A stretch of 57,738 nucleotides of DNA, counting the filler, from Rhizaria sp. SCN 62-66 (Eukaryota), in assembly GCA_001724265.1 (NCBI GenBank). It is 2 parts of 2 records of this genome, joined end to end, with 100 filler letters (N's around TTAATTAATTAA, not from the genome) between each part and the next. Parts side by side here need not be neighbours in the genome. Positions count along the whole stretch, not along the records: positions 1 to 29,875 come from MEDY01000395.1; 1 more part is not named here. One strand, given 5' to 3'. The stretch's first letter is position 1; the number at the start of each line of letters is the position of its first letter. The position numbers and the translations under genes are program-made. This document shows, in pieces, positions 1 to 10,741 of this stretch. The notes beneath the pieces were generated by a model. It did no database searches. It was given only the letters and a program-made list of their open reading frames with translations, and was not told the origin of the DNA.

Positions 1-391
1 CAGGTCAGCCTCGGAAGGGTTCTGGCCGAGAGAGCGCATGACCTTGCCGAGCTCCTTGGTGGTGATGGTGCCGTCGCCGTCCATGTCGAAGAGGGAGAAG
101 GCCTCCTTGAACTCGGAGATCTGCTCCTCGGAGAGGTTCTTAGTTAGGTCCTGGGGTGCGAATGCAATGCAAAAAGAGGTCAATGTGAGATAAGTATTCT
201 CTGCATCCCAAAAGAGGCGCGCTGGGGACGTGGGTGGGCGGGTAGAAGCGCACCTCACGACAGCATGAGCGTCATGAGAGGAAGTCAGCGCAGCATTTGG
301 ACGAGCCAGAACGCGGCAAGTGCACGACAAGAGACGTTCTCAAAAATAGAAATCAAAACTACATAGACTCAATACGTACCTCAGAAGACAT
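1..391 (-). CDS. CAM: Calmodulin/calmodulin-like EF-hand protein, 5' part (exon 1 391-380, intron 379-151, exon 2 from 150 running off the window edge)
   Basis: Spliced translation [54 protein letters not shown] matches the calmodulin EF1 region. GTACGT donor and CAG acceptor, phase 0. Missed by the ORF track. Confidence 0.9.
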
Positions 392-953
392 TGAGTTGAT
401 TCGTGTTAACTGGAATCGAAGTCAGCAAGAAAAATTGCTTCTGGACGTTACTTCTCGAGAGTCTCTCGCTGGCCTCGCTCTTCGTCGGTCTCGATTTTTT
501 GCGAACCTGGAAAATCACAAATTCGGAGGGCATGCGAACATAAATAGAGTAACTTTTCAATATCTGAACAAGGCTTGTTGCGCGTACAAATTGAATAAAT
601 GATGTGTCATAATATAAAAATTGTGTTTATGGATATGATCAACGCACGGTTTCCGTAATAAATATAGCACGAAGCCTTCAGAGGACCGGCGTCCGTCAAA
701 AGTTGTTTTGATCAAAGCTAAACAAAACTTGACGACGACACCGACACACAAACACACACGCCCAAAACCAAACTCACACACCCGCACGGCTGCATTGTTG
801 TTTTATCATCACGCAGCCGCCGGTCTCACGTACACACGACAACTCTTTTGTTCTTGTTATTCGTAGCATTAATTAGACCTCTCACCTCACCTCATTCATA
901 CGCGCTGCGCGCGCGCATAGCTGTGTTATTTTCTGCCGATGTTGTGGGCTCTC

Positions 954-2318
954 TTACATGTTGAGGACGATGCGGCGGGGGTCCTCGACGCACTGCTTGA
1001 TGTGCTTGAGGAACTGCACTGCGGTGGAGCCGTCGAGCAGACGGTGGTCGTAAGTCAGCGCGACGTACATCATGGGGCGCACCTCGACCTTGTCGTCGAC
1101 GGCGATGGGGCGCTTGACGATCGAGTGCATGCCGAGAATGGCAGACTGCGGGGGGTTGATGATCGGCGTGCCGAACAGCGAGCCGTAGACGCCGCCGTTG
1201 GAGATGGTGAACGTGCCGCCGACGAAGTCCTCCATGGCGATGGTGCCGTTGCGGGCGCGGGTCGAGTAGTCGCCGATGGAACGCTCGATGCCCGCGAAGT
1301 CGAGCTCGTCGCAGCCGCGGACGACGGGGACGACGAGGCCCGTGGGGGTGGCGACGGCAACCGAGATGTCGACGTAGTTGCGGTACACGATCTCGTTCGT
1401 CTCGGCGTCGATGTACGCGTTGACGTCGGGGAACGCCTGGAGCGCGGACGCCGAGGCCTTCATGAAGAGGGACATGAAGCCGAGCTTGACGCCGTGCTTC
1501 TTCTCGAACGCGTCCTTGTACTCGTTGCGCAGGCCCTGGGCGGCGGACATGTCGATCTCGTTGAACGTGGTGAGCATGGCCATCGAGTTCTGCGAGTCCT
1601 TCAGGCGCTTGGCGATGGTCTGGCGCATGCGGGTCATCTTGACGCGGCGGTCCTCACGCACCTTGCCAGCGCCGGCCGCGGCGGGGGCGGCGGCGGCAGC
1701 GGCGGGGGCGGCCTTGGGGGCGGCGGCGGCAGGGGCAGCGGCAGCGGCGGGAGCGGCGGCGGCGGCGGGGGCGGCGGCGGCGGCAGCAGGAGCGGCCTTG
1801 GGGGCGGGGGCAGCAGCGCCGCCGGCGGGCTTGGGGGCGTCGCTGTCGATGGAGCAGAGCTTGTCGCCGACCTTGGCGACGTCGCCGGCCTTAAGGGCCT
1901 GCTCGGTGAGGACACCGGAGCACGGGGACGGGATGTCGACGATGACCTTAGCGGTCTCGAGCACGCACAGAGTGTCGTCCTCGTTGACCCACTCGCCGAC
2001 CTGTTTCTTCCACTCGAGGACGTCGCCCTCGAGGACGGAATCGCCGAGGCCGGGGCAGTTCACGGGGGTAGCCGCAAAGGTGCGCGCGGGGACGGCGGCG
2101 AAGGCCGAGGGCGCGGCGACGAGGGGCGCGGAAAGGAAGGCCGAGGACATGGCCAGGGGCTTGGACACAGCGAGGCCGCGGGAAGCGAGCATCGAAGCGG
2201 GAGCCTTGGCGGCGGACGCGGTAGTGGCGAGGGTGCGGGCAAGAGTGGTCGCGGGGCCAGCGACGCGGCTCACAGCACGCGCGGTGCGGGCAACGGTACG
2301 GGTCAGGGACACGGACAT
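954..2318 (-). CDS. DLST: Mitochondrial 2-oxoglutarate dehydrogenase E2 (dihydrolipoamide succinyltransferase), 454 aa, intronless
   Basis: Arg/Ser/Ala-rich presequence; lipoyl domain (LETAKV); Ala/Pro linker; catalytic domain with MTRMRQTIAKRLK, TTFNE, GTPIINPPQSAILGMH, LTYDHRLLDG. Stop TAA. Confidence 0.97.
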   Translation of the reverse strand: MSVSLTRTVARTARAVSRVAGPATTLARTLATTASAAKAPASMLASRGLAVSKPLAMSSAFLSAPLVAAPSAFAAVPARTFAATPVNCPGLGDSVLEGDVLEWKKQVGEWVNEDDTLCVLETAKVIVDIPSPCSGVLTEQALKAGDVAKVGDKLCSIDSDAPKPAGGAAAPAPKAAPAAAAAAPAAAAAPAAAAAPAAAAPKAAPAAAAAAPAAAGAGKVREDRRVKMTRMRQTIAKRLKDSQNSMAMLTTFNEIDMSAAQGLRNEYKDAFEKKHGVKLGFMSLFMKASASALQAFPDVNAYIDAETNEIVYRNYVDISVAVATPTGLVVPVVRGCDELDFAGIERSIGDYSTRARNGTIAMEDFVGGTFTISNGGVYGSLFGTPIINPPQSAILGMHSIVKRPIAVDDKVEVRPMMYVALTYDHRLLDGSTAVQFLKHIKQCVEDPRRIVLNM

Positions 2319-3196
2319 TGGAGTCTGGGTGGGAGCCGGGGGAGCGGGGGTCGACGGGGCGATGTGGAGGGGAGCGAGAAAAGAGTGAGCGGCGATGCAA
2401 TAAGGGCTCGGGTATAATAATTACAAAATTATAAGCGCTGGTGAACAGTATTATTGCAAACCAAACATGGGCGGCAACGCGGGCACGCACAGAAGGCCGA
2501 CCACGAATCTTCAGCACGGAGATGCGGTTGAAGCGTCATCGTCACCACATTTTGGGCACGCCCACGGGCGCCACCCTGCGTCCCAACGACAAAGATGCAA
2601 TTGGAACATAAGCATCGTTGCAAAAAATATCGGGCCACGCTTGCTATCATCAACAACTCGTTGACGCAACGACGCCTTGCCTTGTCGCAAAGCGAAAGTG
2701 GGACGTGGCCAAAACCGAGAGGACTGCTAAAATGATTTAGCTTTTTTGCGAACTCTGCGCTTGTAGCAAAGAACAAGGGCATCGAATCCCCGTGTTTGAT
2801 TTGAAGTTCTGCCACAGTCTTGCTGTCGACTCTTGTGTTCTTCTCGTGCCAGCGCTTTCATTGTGATTTTTATCTGCCACAACTATTACATGTCCTGGTA
2901 TTACGTTCCGGCCCTCATTGAGCAACATTCACTTCGGCCTAGGGGAGAGTGCGATCTCGCTCTCGCTGTGCTGCTGTTATCTTTGGTCAGATCTCCCGCT
3001 GACGCACTACAATGAACAGCTGTCGCGTTAATATGTTAAAGAAATTGTTAATGTCCACCGTGCTCACACACTGACTACCCTTGCATTGACACTTTAGGCT
3101 TTCATCTACTTGCTTTCGTAGGCAGCCTTCGAGGTCCTCACGTGTTAATTCCCGCGCGCTTGCGACACGCCGCACCGCGGTACCCCGAGACGTTTT

Positions 3197-6100
3197 ATGT
3201 CTGACGACCACATGTCCGAAACGGCGCACATTGCGCCTGCGTTTGCCGCGTCTTTGACGATGCGCGACGACGACTCTGCGGCCCCTGTGCTGTCTGACGC
3301 GTTCGCACAAGCCGCGTCCCGCGCTGGCCGCTCATCGCCGCCCCCGCACTCATCGTCCGACGCGGCCGACTCCGCCGCCGGCTCCCCCAGCGCAGGACCT
3401 GTCGAGCCCGACTATGACGCCGTTGCCGCGCTTGTGGCGTCGCGTCCGGGCCGCATGGGCGCGCACCAGAGCGCCAAAACTGCCGCCGCGGCCGACGACC
3501 ACGTCGAAGAGGAAGAAGTCGAGGTTGAAGCCTCTGACTCTGAAGCGGACGCGGACGCAGACGCAGACGTCGACAGCGCGGGCGTGCAGATGGGCGACGA
3601 TGACGAGGTTGACAACGCGGCCAAGACCGGCCGCCGCAAGCCCCGCGCGAGCGTTGGGGCGCAAATGGCGGCTGCTGCCGGCCGTGGCAGCGGCTCGTCA
3701 GCGCGCCAGCCTCGCCGCGGCAGTGGCGCGCGCGCCGCGGACTCCGAGGACGACGATGAGGACGGCGGTGACGACGACGGCGAGGGAGATGACGACGCGG
3801 ACGCCGACGGAGACGACGACGACGCTGGTGGCGTCAGCGGCGGCAGCTCGCGCTCGCGCTCTCGCCCCGCACGCGTCACCCGCAGCCGCCAGCGGCCGTC
3901 TGCCAGCTCAGTCGCGCGCTTACTGCCTTCCACAGCGATGTTTCCCATTGCCCCGCCGCAGCCGCGCGCGGACTCGCGCGCCGCGTTTGCTGCAGTCGTC
4001 GCCGCGGCCTGCAAGCGCGCAGGCATTGCACCTCCCGCCGCAGTCACCGACTTGGCCGACGCAACGCAAACGCAAACCGCAGGCTCCTCTGCTCCGGCGA
4101 CTAGCGCGCCTGCCGCTGGTGCGACCGAGCCCGCTGCGCCTGTGACGCTTGCGGTCGCTCTCGCCCACTGGCCGCGCCCCTCAACTGCGACTGTGATCAC
4201 AACCACCGCCACGAGTACCGCGAGCACGAGTCCCGTAAGTGCCGCCAAGGTTCCTGTAGAGCGGCGGCCGCACTGGTCGACTGCGCCCGACGTGCATGCG
4301 ACCGAGCGCACGGCGCACCGCTCGACGACGGCCGCGCTGGCCGCCGCCGCCGCGGTGGTGGGCCCTGTGCGGCCTTGCGGTGCGATGGGGCCCGCGGTGG
4401 AGCCGCTGCGGCCGCCGCTCGCGCATCTGGTAACGCACCGCCAGCCCACGGTCACATCGTCGTCGTCCTCTTCGACGCCGTCAGCATCGTCCTCGGAGGG
4501 TGTGTTGTTCCGCGCTAAGATAGGGCCGGAGCACCAAGTCACCGCGCTGCCGCGGCTGCGCGCGACGGTGCCGCTGGTGCCGTTTCCCTACTCGTCGCCG
4601 CACCTGCCGCCAACGCTCACGCAGGCCGTCACGGGCCTCCGCGCCGCCGCCGCCGCCACAGCCTCCGCGACCTCATCTGGCAATGGCTCCGCGCGCGCGA
4701 GCCGGGCGTCGTCGCGGCTACCGCTGCCGCCCGGCGCCGAGGCGCTCATGCCGGCGGGGCAGAGCGACGCCTCATCCGGCGGCTCCGACAACGGCGACGA
4801 CGATGACGACGACGATGACGACGAGGAGGAAGAGGCCGCGGCGGCCGCAGCCGCCGCCGCAGCCGCCGCAGCCGCCGCCGCTATCCACCACTCCGAGGCC
4901 CGCCCGCGGCGCGGCGGCGCTGCGACCGCTGCTGCCGCCGCCGCCGCCGCCGCCGCTGCCGCCGCGCTGCCCGCGCTAGCGCTGCCGTCTGATCCGCTGT
5001 CGGAGCGCGTCGCCCGCGACACGCGCGAGGCCACAGTGCTGGCGGACCGCTTCCTGGCGCGCCGTCTGGCCGCGCGCCGCACGGTCCGCCGCACCGCGCT
5101 CGCTGCGGCACGCCAGGCCGCGCTTGCTACGGCCGGCGCGGTCCTCGCCTGGGCGCTGGGGCCCGCCGGTGCGCGTGTGCTGCGCAACCCCGAGTTTGTG
5201 GCCGCTGGCAAGAGCGCAGATGGCGCGAATTGCTGCGATGACGCGGTGCGCGCGCTGTGGGCTGGCGTGTGGCGTGCACTCGCCGCCGCAGCGGTGCCGA
5301 GAGAGGCCTCCGTCGCCGCTGCCGCCGCTGCGGCGGTCGCGGCGCGTGCCACGCTGGCTTCGGCCACCAGCGCCGGCGCCGCAAACTTTGTCGCGGGCGA
5401 GTGGGCTGCGTGTGATGCGTTTACGTCGGCGCCCGGCGACTTTTCCTTCTCGTTCGCGCCGCGCGCCACTCACAGTGCGCTGCTGCTTGAACACAAGCGC
5501 TCCTCCGCGACGGCTGCTCCCGCGACCGCGACTGCTAACGTTGTCGTGCAGCTGCCGCATACGCGCGCCGGCCTGCCTCTGGGCCCCTTCGCCACCGGTC
5601 AGCAGCAGCAGCCGGCGCTGTTGCAGGGCTACCTGTCCTCGGTGCTCGCGTTGTCGCCGTTGACCCCGGCCGCGGCGCCGCTGTCCGCGCCCGCGGGCTC
5701 CGTGGCCGGCGAGGTCGCGGCCGCCGCACACTGCGTCGCCGCGGCCGCGCTGGCCGGCACGCTAGCGCATCTCGCTGCCACACAGCCCGCTCAGCTCCGC
5801 GCCGCCCGCGCCGCCGCCGCCGCCGCCGCCAGCGCGGGCGTGGGCGTGGGCGCGGACGCTGCGTCGACGGCTGCGAGCGCGCCGGGCGCGGTGCTGTCGC
5901 ACCTGTTGGGCGCCGGCGCGCGCGCGGTGTGGCGGGGGCCCGGCGCCAGCGTCGCGGCCTCGGCCGTGCCGGTGTTGCTGCCCGCCGCGCGCGCGGTCGC
6001 CGCGGACGCCGCGCTGACCGAGGCCGCCGCAGCTGCGGCTGCCGCGGGCTTTGCGGCCGCTGAGTCTGAGGCCAAGCCCGAGTCCGACTCCGGCAGCAAC

Positions 6101-9100
6101 AGCAGCAGTAGCGCTCACGACGCCGGCAACGTCAAGGCCGAGCCCGAGTCCGACGCCGCCGCGGCTGCTGCCGCCGCGTCCGCCGCCGTGGCGGCCGCGG
6201 CGGCCCCGCTGCTGTCAGTCGCGATGGGCCTCGCCCCCGTCGCGCCGGGGGTGCCCGCGTCGCTGCTGGCCGACCTCTCCCGCGGCGGCTCCGCCATCGC
6301 GGCCGTCACGGCGGACCCCGACGCCGGCGCCGAGGGCGAGGCCGCCGAGGGCGGCGCGCGGCCGGCGATGCGCAAGCGCAGCGGCCGCCGCAACCGCGTG
6401 CTGCTGCGCTCCTCGAAGGGACGCTTCCGCCGCACTGCGCGCGCGGGCGGCGGCGGCGGCGACGACGACGAGGACGGCGACGAGGATGACGACGACGATG
6501 ACGACGAGGAAGAGGACGACGACTCCGACTACGATGACGACGACGACGACGATGCTGACGACAACGAGCACGCTGACGGCGCCAAGCTTGAGTTTGCTTC
6601 GAAGCGCCCCTGCCGCGCCTCAAGCGCGTCCGAGGCGCAGTCGCAGTCTATCACGCAGCTTCCACAGCCCGGGTCTGCGCGTGCGCTGTCGCTGCCGCAT
6701 TTGGACTTGTCGGCGTCGCCCTACTACGCACTCGTGCACGCCGTCGCTGCCGCAGCCGCGACCGCCGCCGCCGCGGCCGCTGCAGGCGTTTGCGTCGCAG
6801 CCGAGCTCGCGCCCGCGGCCGCGTTCTTGCGCGCGCCGGCCGGCGTCTCGCCAACCTCCGCCGCGGCTGTGAGCAGCGCTTCGTCCAGCGACGCCGCAGC
6901 GGTGCTGCTGCCCGGAGTGCTCGCAGCGCCGCTCGCCGAGCCGCTGGTGGCGCTGCTGACTCTGGGCGTGCGCTTCGACGACGTCCTGCCCTCGGTCTGG
7001 GCCACTGCGCATGGCCGTAACACTCTTGTTCCTGCTACTGCTGCTGTGACGGCCGTCAATTCGCGTAGGAGCTGTGTGCGCGTGCTGCCCGTGCCCCCGT
7101 TGGCCTCGGCTGTGGGCGCCAGCGGCGCGCAGTCCGCGGCCCCCGCTGCGCCCGCGGTCGCCGGCGTGCCCGCATCGGTCAGCCGCGCGCACTTGGACAC
7201 CGACGGCGCGCTGACGCCCGCGGAGGAGCTCGAATGGGACCGCCTCGTCGCGCTGCCCGCGGCCGCGAACCCGGGCGGGTACGTCCTGTGGTCGCCCGTT
7301 GCCGCCGCCGCCGCCGCGGCCACGGGCGCCGCCGCGGGCGCGCAGGTCGAAGCGCTGGCCGAAGTCTCGCGCGCGCTCAAGGTGTTTGCTACCGAGACGC
7401 GTGCGCGCGCGCTGCCCGCGGCGGAGACCAAGGCGCTTGTTGCCGCCGCAACGGAGGAAGCGACGGCCAGCGTGGAGAGCGCGGTCCGTGCTGCCGCTGC
7501 GGGCGCGCTCAGTGGCGTCGGCGCCGGCGTCGGACGCTACCTCTCCACAGTCTCCAAACTCTTCCAGGTATGTTGAATCACATGTATCCCAACAACTCCT
7601 TTGACCTGGTTGATATTTTCACTGATTGACCTTTTTCACATGATATTTTTTTGTTCGCTCATAACCTTCATTAATTGTCTCTTTTCCCACTCATTTAATT
7701 AGGACGCCGAGGCCCGCGCTGCACCTTTGCGCGCGCTGGTGTACCTGCAGAGCATGGCATACAACGGCGACGCGGCGGGCGAGACGCTGCAGCCTTACGT
7801 GCACGTCGACGTCGACGCCGCGGCGGCCTCGCAGGAGTCGGTCGACTCGTTCGCCGGCGACTCGCTGTGTTTCCTGTGTTGCGAGGCCGGGCGCGTGCTC
7901 ATGTGCGAGCACGCGAACTGCTGCAAGGTGTTCCACGCCGAGTGTCTGGGCATGGACAAGTTTCCCGTCGGCACGTGGGAGTGCGCGCAGCACCGCTGCC
8001 ACCAGTGCCGCGCGCCCGCCGGCGACCGCGGCGCGGCGTGCGCCACATGCACCGTCGCCTACTGTCGCTCCCACGTGCCCGCGCGACTGGCCGAGAAGTC
8101 CGTGGCGTACGGCGTCTACGAGTTCCAGTGCTCCAAGTGTATCGACCGCGACGCGGCCAAGCTGCCGGGCAAGGGCCAGGGCGTGGGCCGCACGGCGTTT
8201 CTGCAGCGGCTGCTCGCGCTGCTGCAGCGTGTCGGCGTGCATCTCTCGGCGCCGCCCGTCATCGACGGCAAGATCGAGATGGATCTGTACACGCTCTACA
8301 CTGTTATGATCTCACGCGGCGGGCTTGCCGCAGTCGTGCGCACCAACGACTGGACGGAGGTTTGCGCCGTGCTGGGCATCGCGCAGCCCCCCAGCGCGCC
8401 GCCGACGACCGCCGCCGCCGCCGCCGCCGCCGCGGGGGCCGCACTTGTGCCCGCGTCGCCCGCAGCGCTGGCGACTGCGCTGCCCGCGGCCGCGGCGAGC
8501 GCGTCTCTGGCCGCGCGCGCGCCCGCGCTGCTAGCGTATTACTACTTCTACCTGCTTTACGCCTACGAGCGCAGGCACTTCCGCGGCGCGTTGGCGCTGT
8601 CGCCGCAAGAGAAGCTCTGGATCGACTCCGCAGGCTCGCCGCTCGTGCCCGTGCCGTACGTGGCCGCGCTGGTGCTGCCCAAGGACGACCTGGAGGCGCA
8701 GGCGCAGCAGCAGCAGCAGACGCAGCAACAGCAGCACCAGGCCGCTCAGTCGCAGCAGTCTGCCGCGGCGTCGTCTGCGGCGTCTACGGGCGCCCCGGCG
8801 CAGACCCAGCGTGACCGCGAGCGTGACCGCGAGCGCGAGCGCGAGCGGGAGCGCGAGCGCGAGAAGGAGCGTGAGGCCCAGCTACAGCAACAGCAGCAGG
8901 AGCGCCAGCAGCGCGAGCGTCAGCAACGCGAACGGCAGCAGCGCGAGCGTCAACAGCGTGAGCGCGAGCGCGAGCGCGAACGGCAGCGCCAGGCGCAGGC
9001 CGCCGAAGCCGCTGCCGCCGCCGCTGCGCCCGCTGCTGCTGCCGCTTCCGACGCCGCCGGTGATGCTGATGCTGACAACGGTGCTTCTACTGAGAGCGCC

Positions 9101-9850
9101 ACTATTGCTGCGGCAGCTCCGGGGGCTGTTGGCGCCGGCGCTGCGGCGGACGCGGCGGCCGTGCCGGTCCCTGTGGCGGCGTCTGCTCCGGTGAGTTCTA
9201 GTCGCGCGAGTGCCAGCAGGAGCGGCGCCAGCAAGACAGCCGCGGCCGTCACCAAGGACAAGAGCGCTGACCCAGCTTCTGCGACGGGGGCGGCGACGGC
9301 GACGGCCCCAACCCCAGCAACTGCGGCTGCAGCGGCTGCGACCCCGGCGCCGCGTTCACGCGTGCGGAAGGAGCCCGCCTCCAAGGCGACGCCTGCGTCT
9401 TCGTCTTCGTCGGCGGCGCCTGCCTCCGCTGCGACGGCGGCGGCGGCGGCGGCAGCGGTGGTGTCGCCCGCGGTGAGCCGCCGCGGGCGGCACCGGCGCG
9501 AGGACGCGGAGCTCGAGGCCGCGATCTCAGCCTCACTGGCGCTGGCGGCGCTCGAAGATCGGGAACGCGAGCGTGAGCGGGCGGATCGTGAGCGATCTGA
9601 GCGGGAGAAGGCGCAGAGCGGGCGCGCTGACAGCGAGGCTGCTGCTGAAGCTGCCGCTGAGCCGTCTGCTGGCACCGCCGCGAAGTCGCAATCTTCGAAG
9701 ACCGAGTCCGCGGCAGAGGCGTCTGTTGAGGCTGCGACTGCGTCCGTGACCAGGGCTGAGAAGGAGGTGCAAACTGAGGCGGCAGCTGGTGGCGGTCAAG
9801 CCATGGCTGACGAAGACAAAGCCTCTGAGAACGTGGATAAGAGCATGTAA
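3197..9850 (+). CDS. Large chromatin-associated protein (~2,172 aa): ELM2-like motif, NSD-type PHD/Cys-His zinc fingers, ARID domain, Q/E/R coiled coil, UIM. Exons 3197-7567 and 7703-9850
   Basis: The two track ORFs share a frame and are joined by a 135-nt AT-rich phase-0 intron (GTATGT...TTAG, 7568-7702). Motifs: AKIGPEHQV (ELM2-like); CFLCCEAGRVLMCEHANCCKVFHAECLG...WECAQHRC (PHD); MDLYTLYTVMISRGG...WTEVCAVLG...LLYAYE (ARID); EDAELEAAISASL (UIM). Stop TAA. Confidence 0.85.
8700..8995 (+). repeat. Coding low-complexity repeats: poly-Gln, (RE)n and (RQQRE)n
   Basis: CAG runs, GAGCGC/GAGCGT hexamer arrays and about four imperfect 15-bp units encoding RQQRE are visible in the sequence. Confidence 0.85.
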
Positions 9851-10741
9851 GCACGTCTTATCGGGATCGCCCCATGTCAGCACGTATCAATAATCTCTAT
9901 GTTTCGACTGTTGTCTGATAACAGCTCCTCTGCAAAGAGTGAGACAGATAATAATGTATTTCAATAGATATAAAATAAAATACCAAGTAATTTAGAAAGC
10001 GCTGATGTGTTCTACAACGAAACTGAAGCAAATTATTGGCTGTGGACTAAGTAAGTAACCTGATGAAGGGTGCCTCATGCAGACTCAAATCAGCACAGGA
10101 TGAAAAGAGAGGCGCATACAGGCACGTTATAACTTACTATTAAGCTAATGCCTTTAGTTTCCTGGTGTTTTATGCGAGAAAAGTTCATTCATCTTGAATT
10201 TCTCAGTCGCAGAATGATTGCTCCCGTGTGATTTGATGCAACCTCCACAATTCAAGAAGGATATAGATGATAATTCAATAAACTCTCGAACAAATAAATA
10301 TAATTTAATATATTCACAGTTATTTCAATTACTGAACAGTGGTTGGCTTTTCGATTGGCGTCAGTTCTTTATGTTAAAACAGTAAAAATGCACATCGCTA
10401 CTTTTTTTGTGGTGGGGCGGTCATGTTGAACACAGAACTGGGCTGCGAACGAGAGCGGCTTGACTTCTGGGTTGAAGGAAAGGGAGGATTGTGCCTCTCA
10501 TACGCTTTGTCATTGACTGTATGTTATTATTTAATATAAATCTGACCTTGAATTGACTATGACTATTATGAAAATCGCGGATATACGCTCGCCAGTCCCA
10601 CACAGTACTCGTCAAAGCTTGCCCTCACCTCGGACCGTTTTCCCTCCTCCTAGTTCTCTTTTTGTGGGGACACTAGCTCTTCTTTCGCCTGAGATTTTTT
10701 AATTGTTTTCTGGTGTGACAGCTGGGCACCTCTCAGACACA

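Noticed and set aside
939-2417. 492-aa and 336-aa plus-strand ORFs over DLST, and similar long shadow ORFs (17816-19729, 31051-32457, 43151-44569, 55147-56682)
   Set aside because: Antisense or alternative-frame shadows caused by high GC and codon bias; no recognisable domains.
10001-10110. Hammerhead-like cores (CTGATGT-GTT-CTAC-AAC-GAAAC and CTGATGA...GAAA)
   Set aside because: The first lacks the conserved CUGANGA core A and the second lacks a proper stem II; I could not form stems I and III for either.
10703-10741. TTG start of the giant ORF, and other GTG/TTG starts in the ORF track
   Set aside because: This is a eukaryotic locus; the in-frame ATG at 10742 directly precedes the signal peptide.
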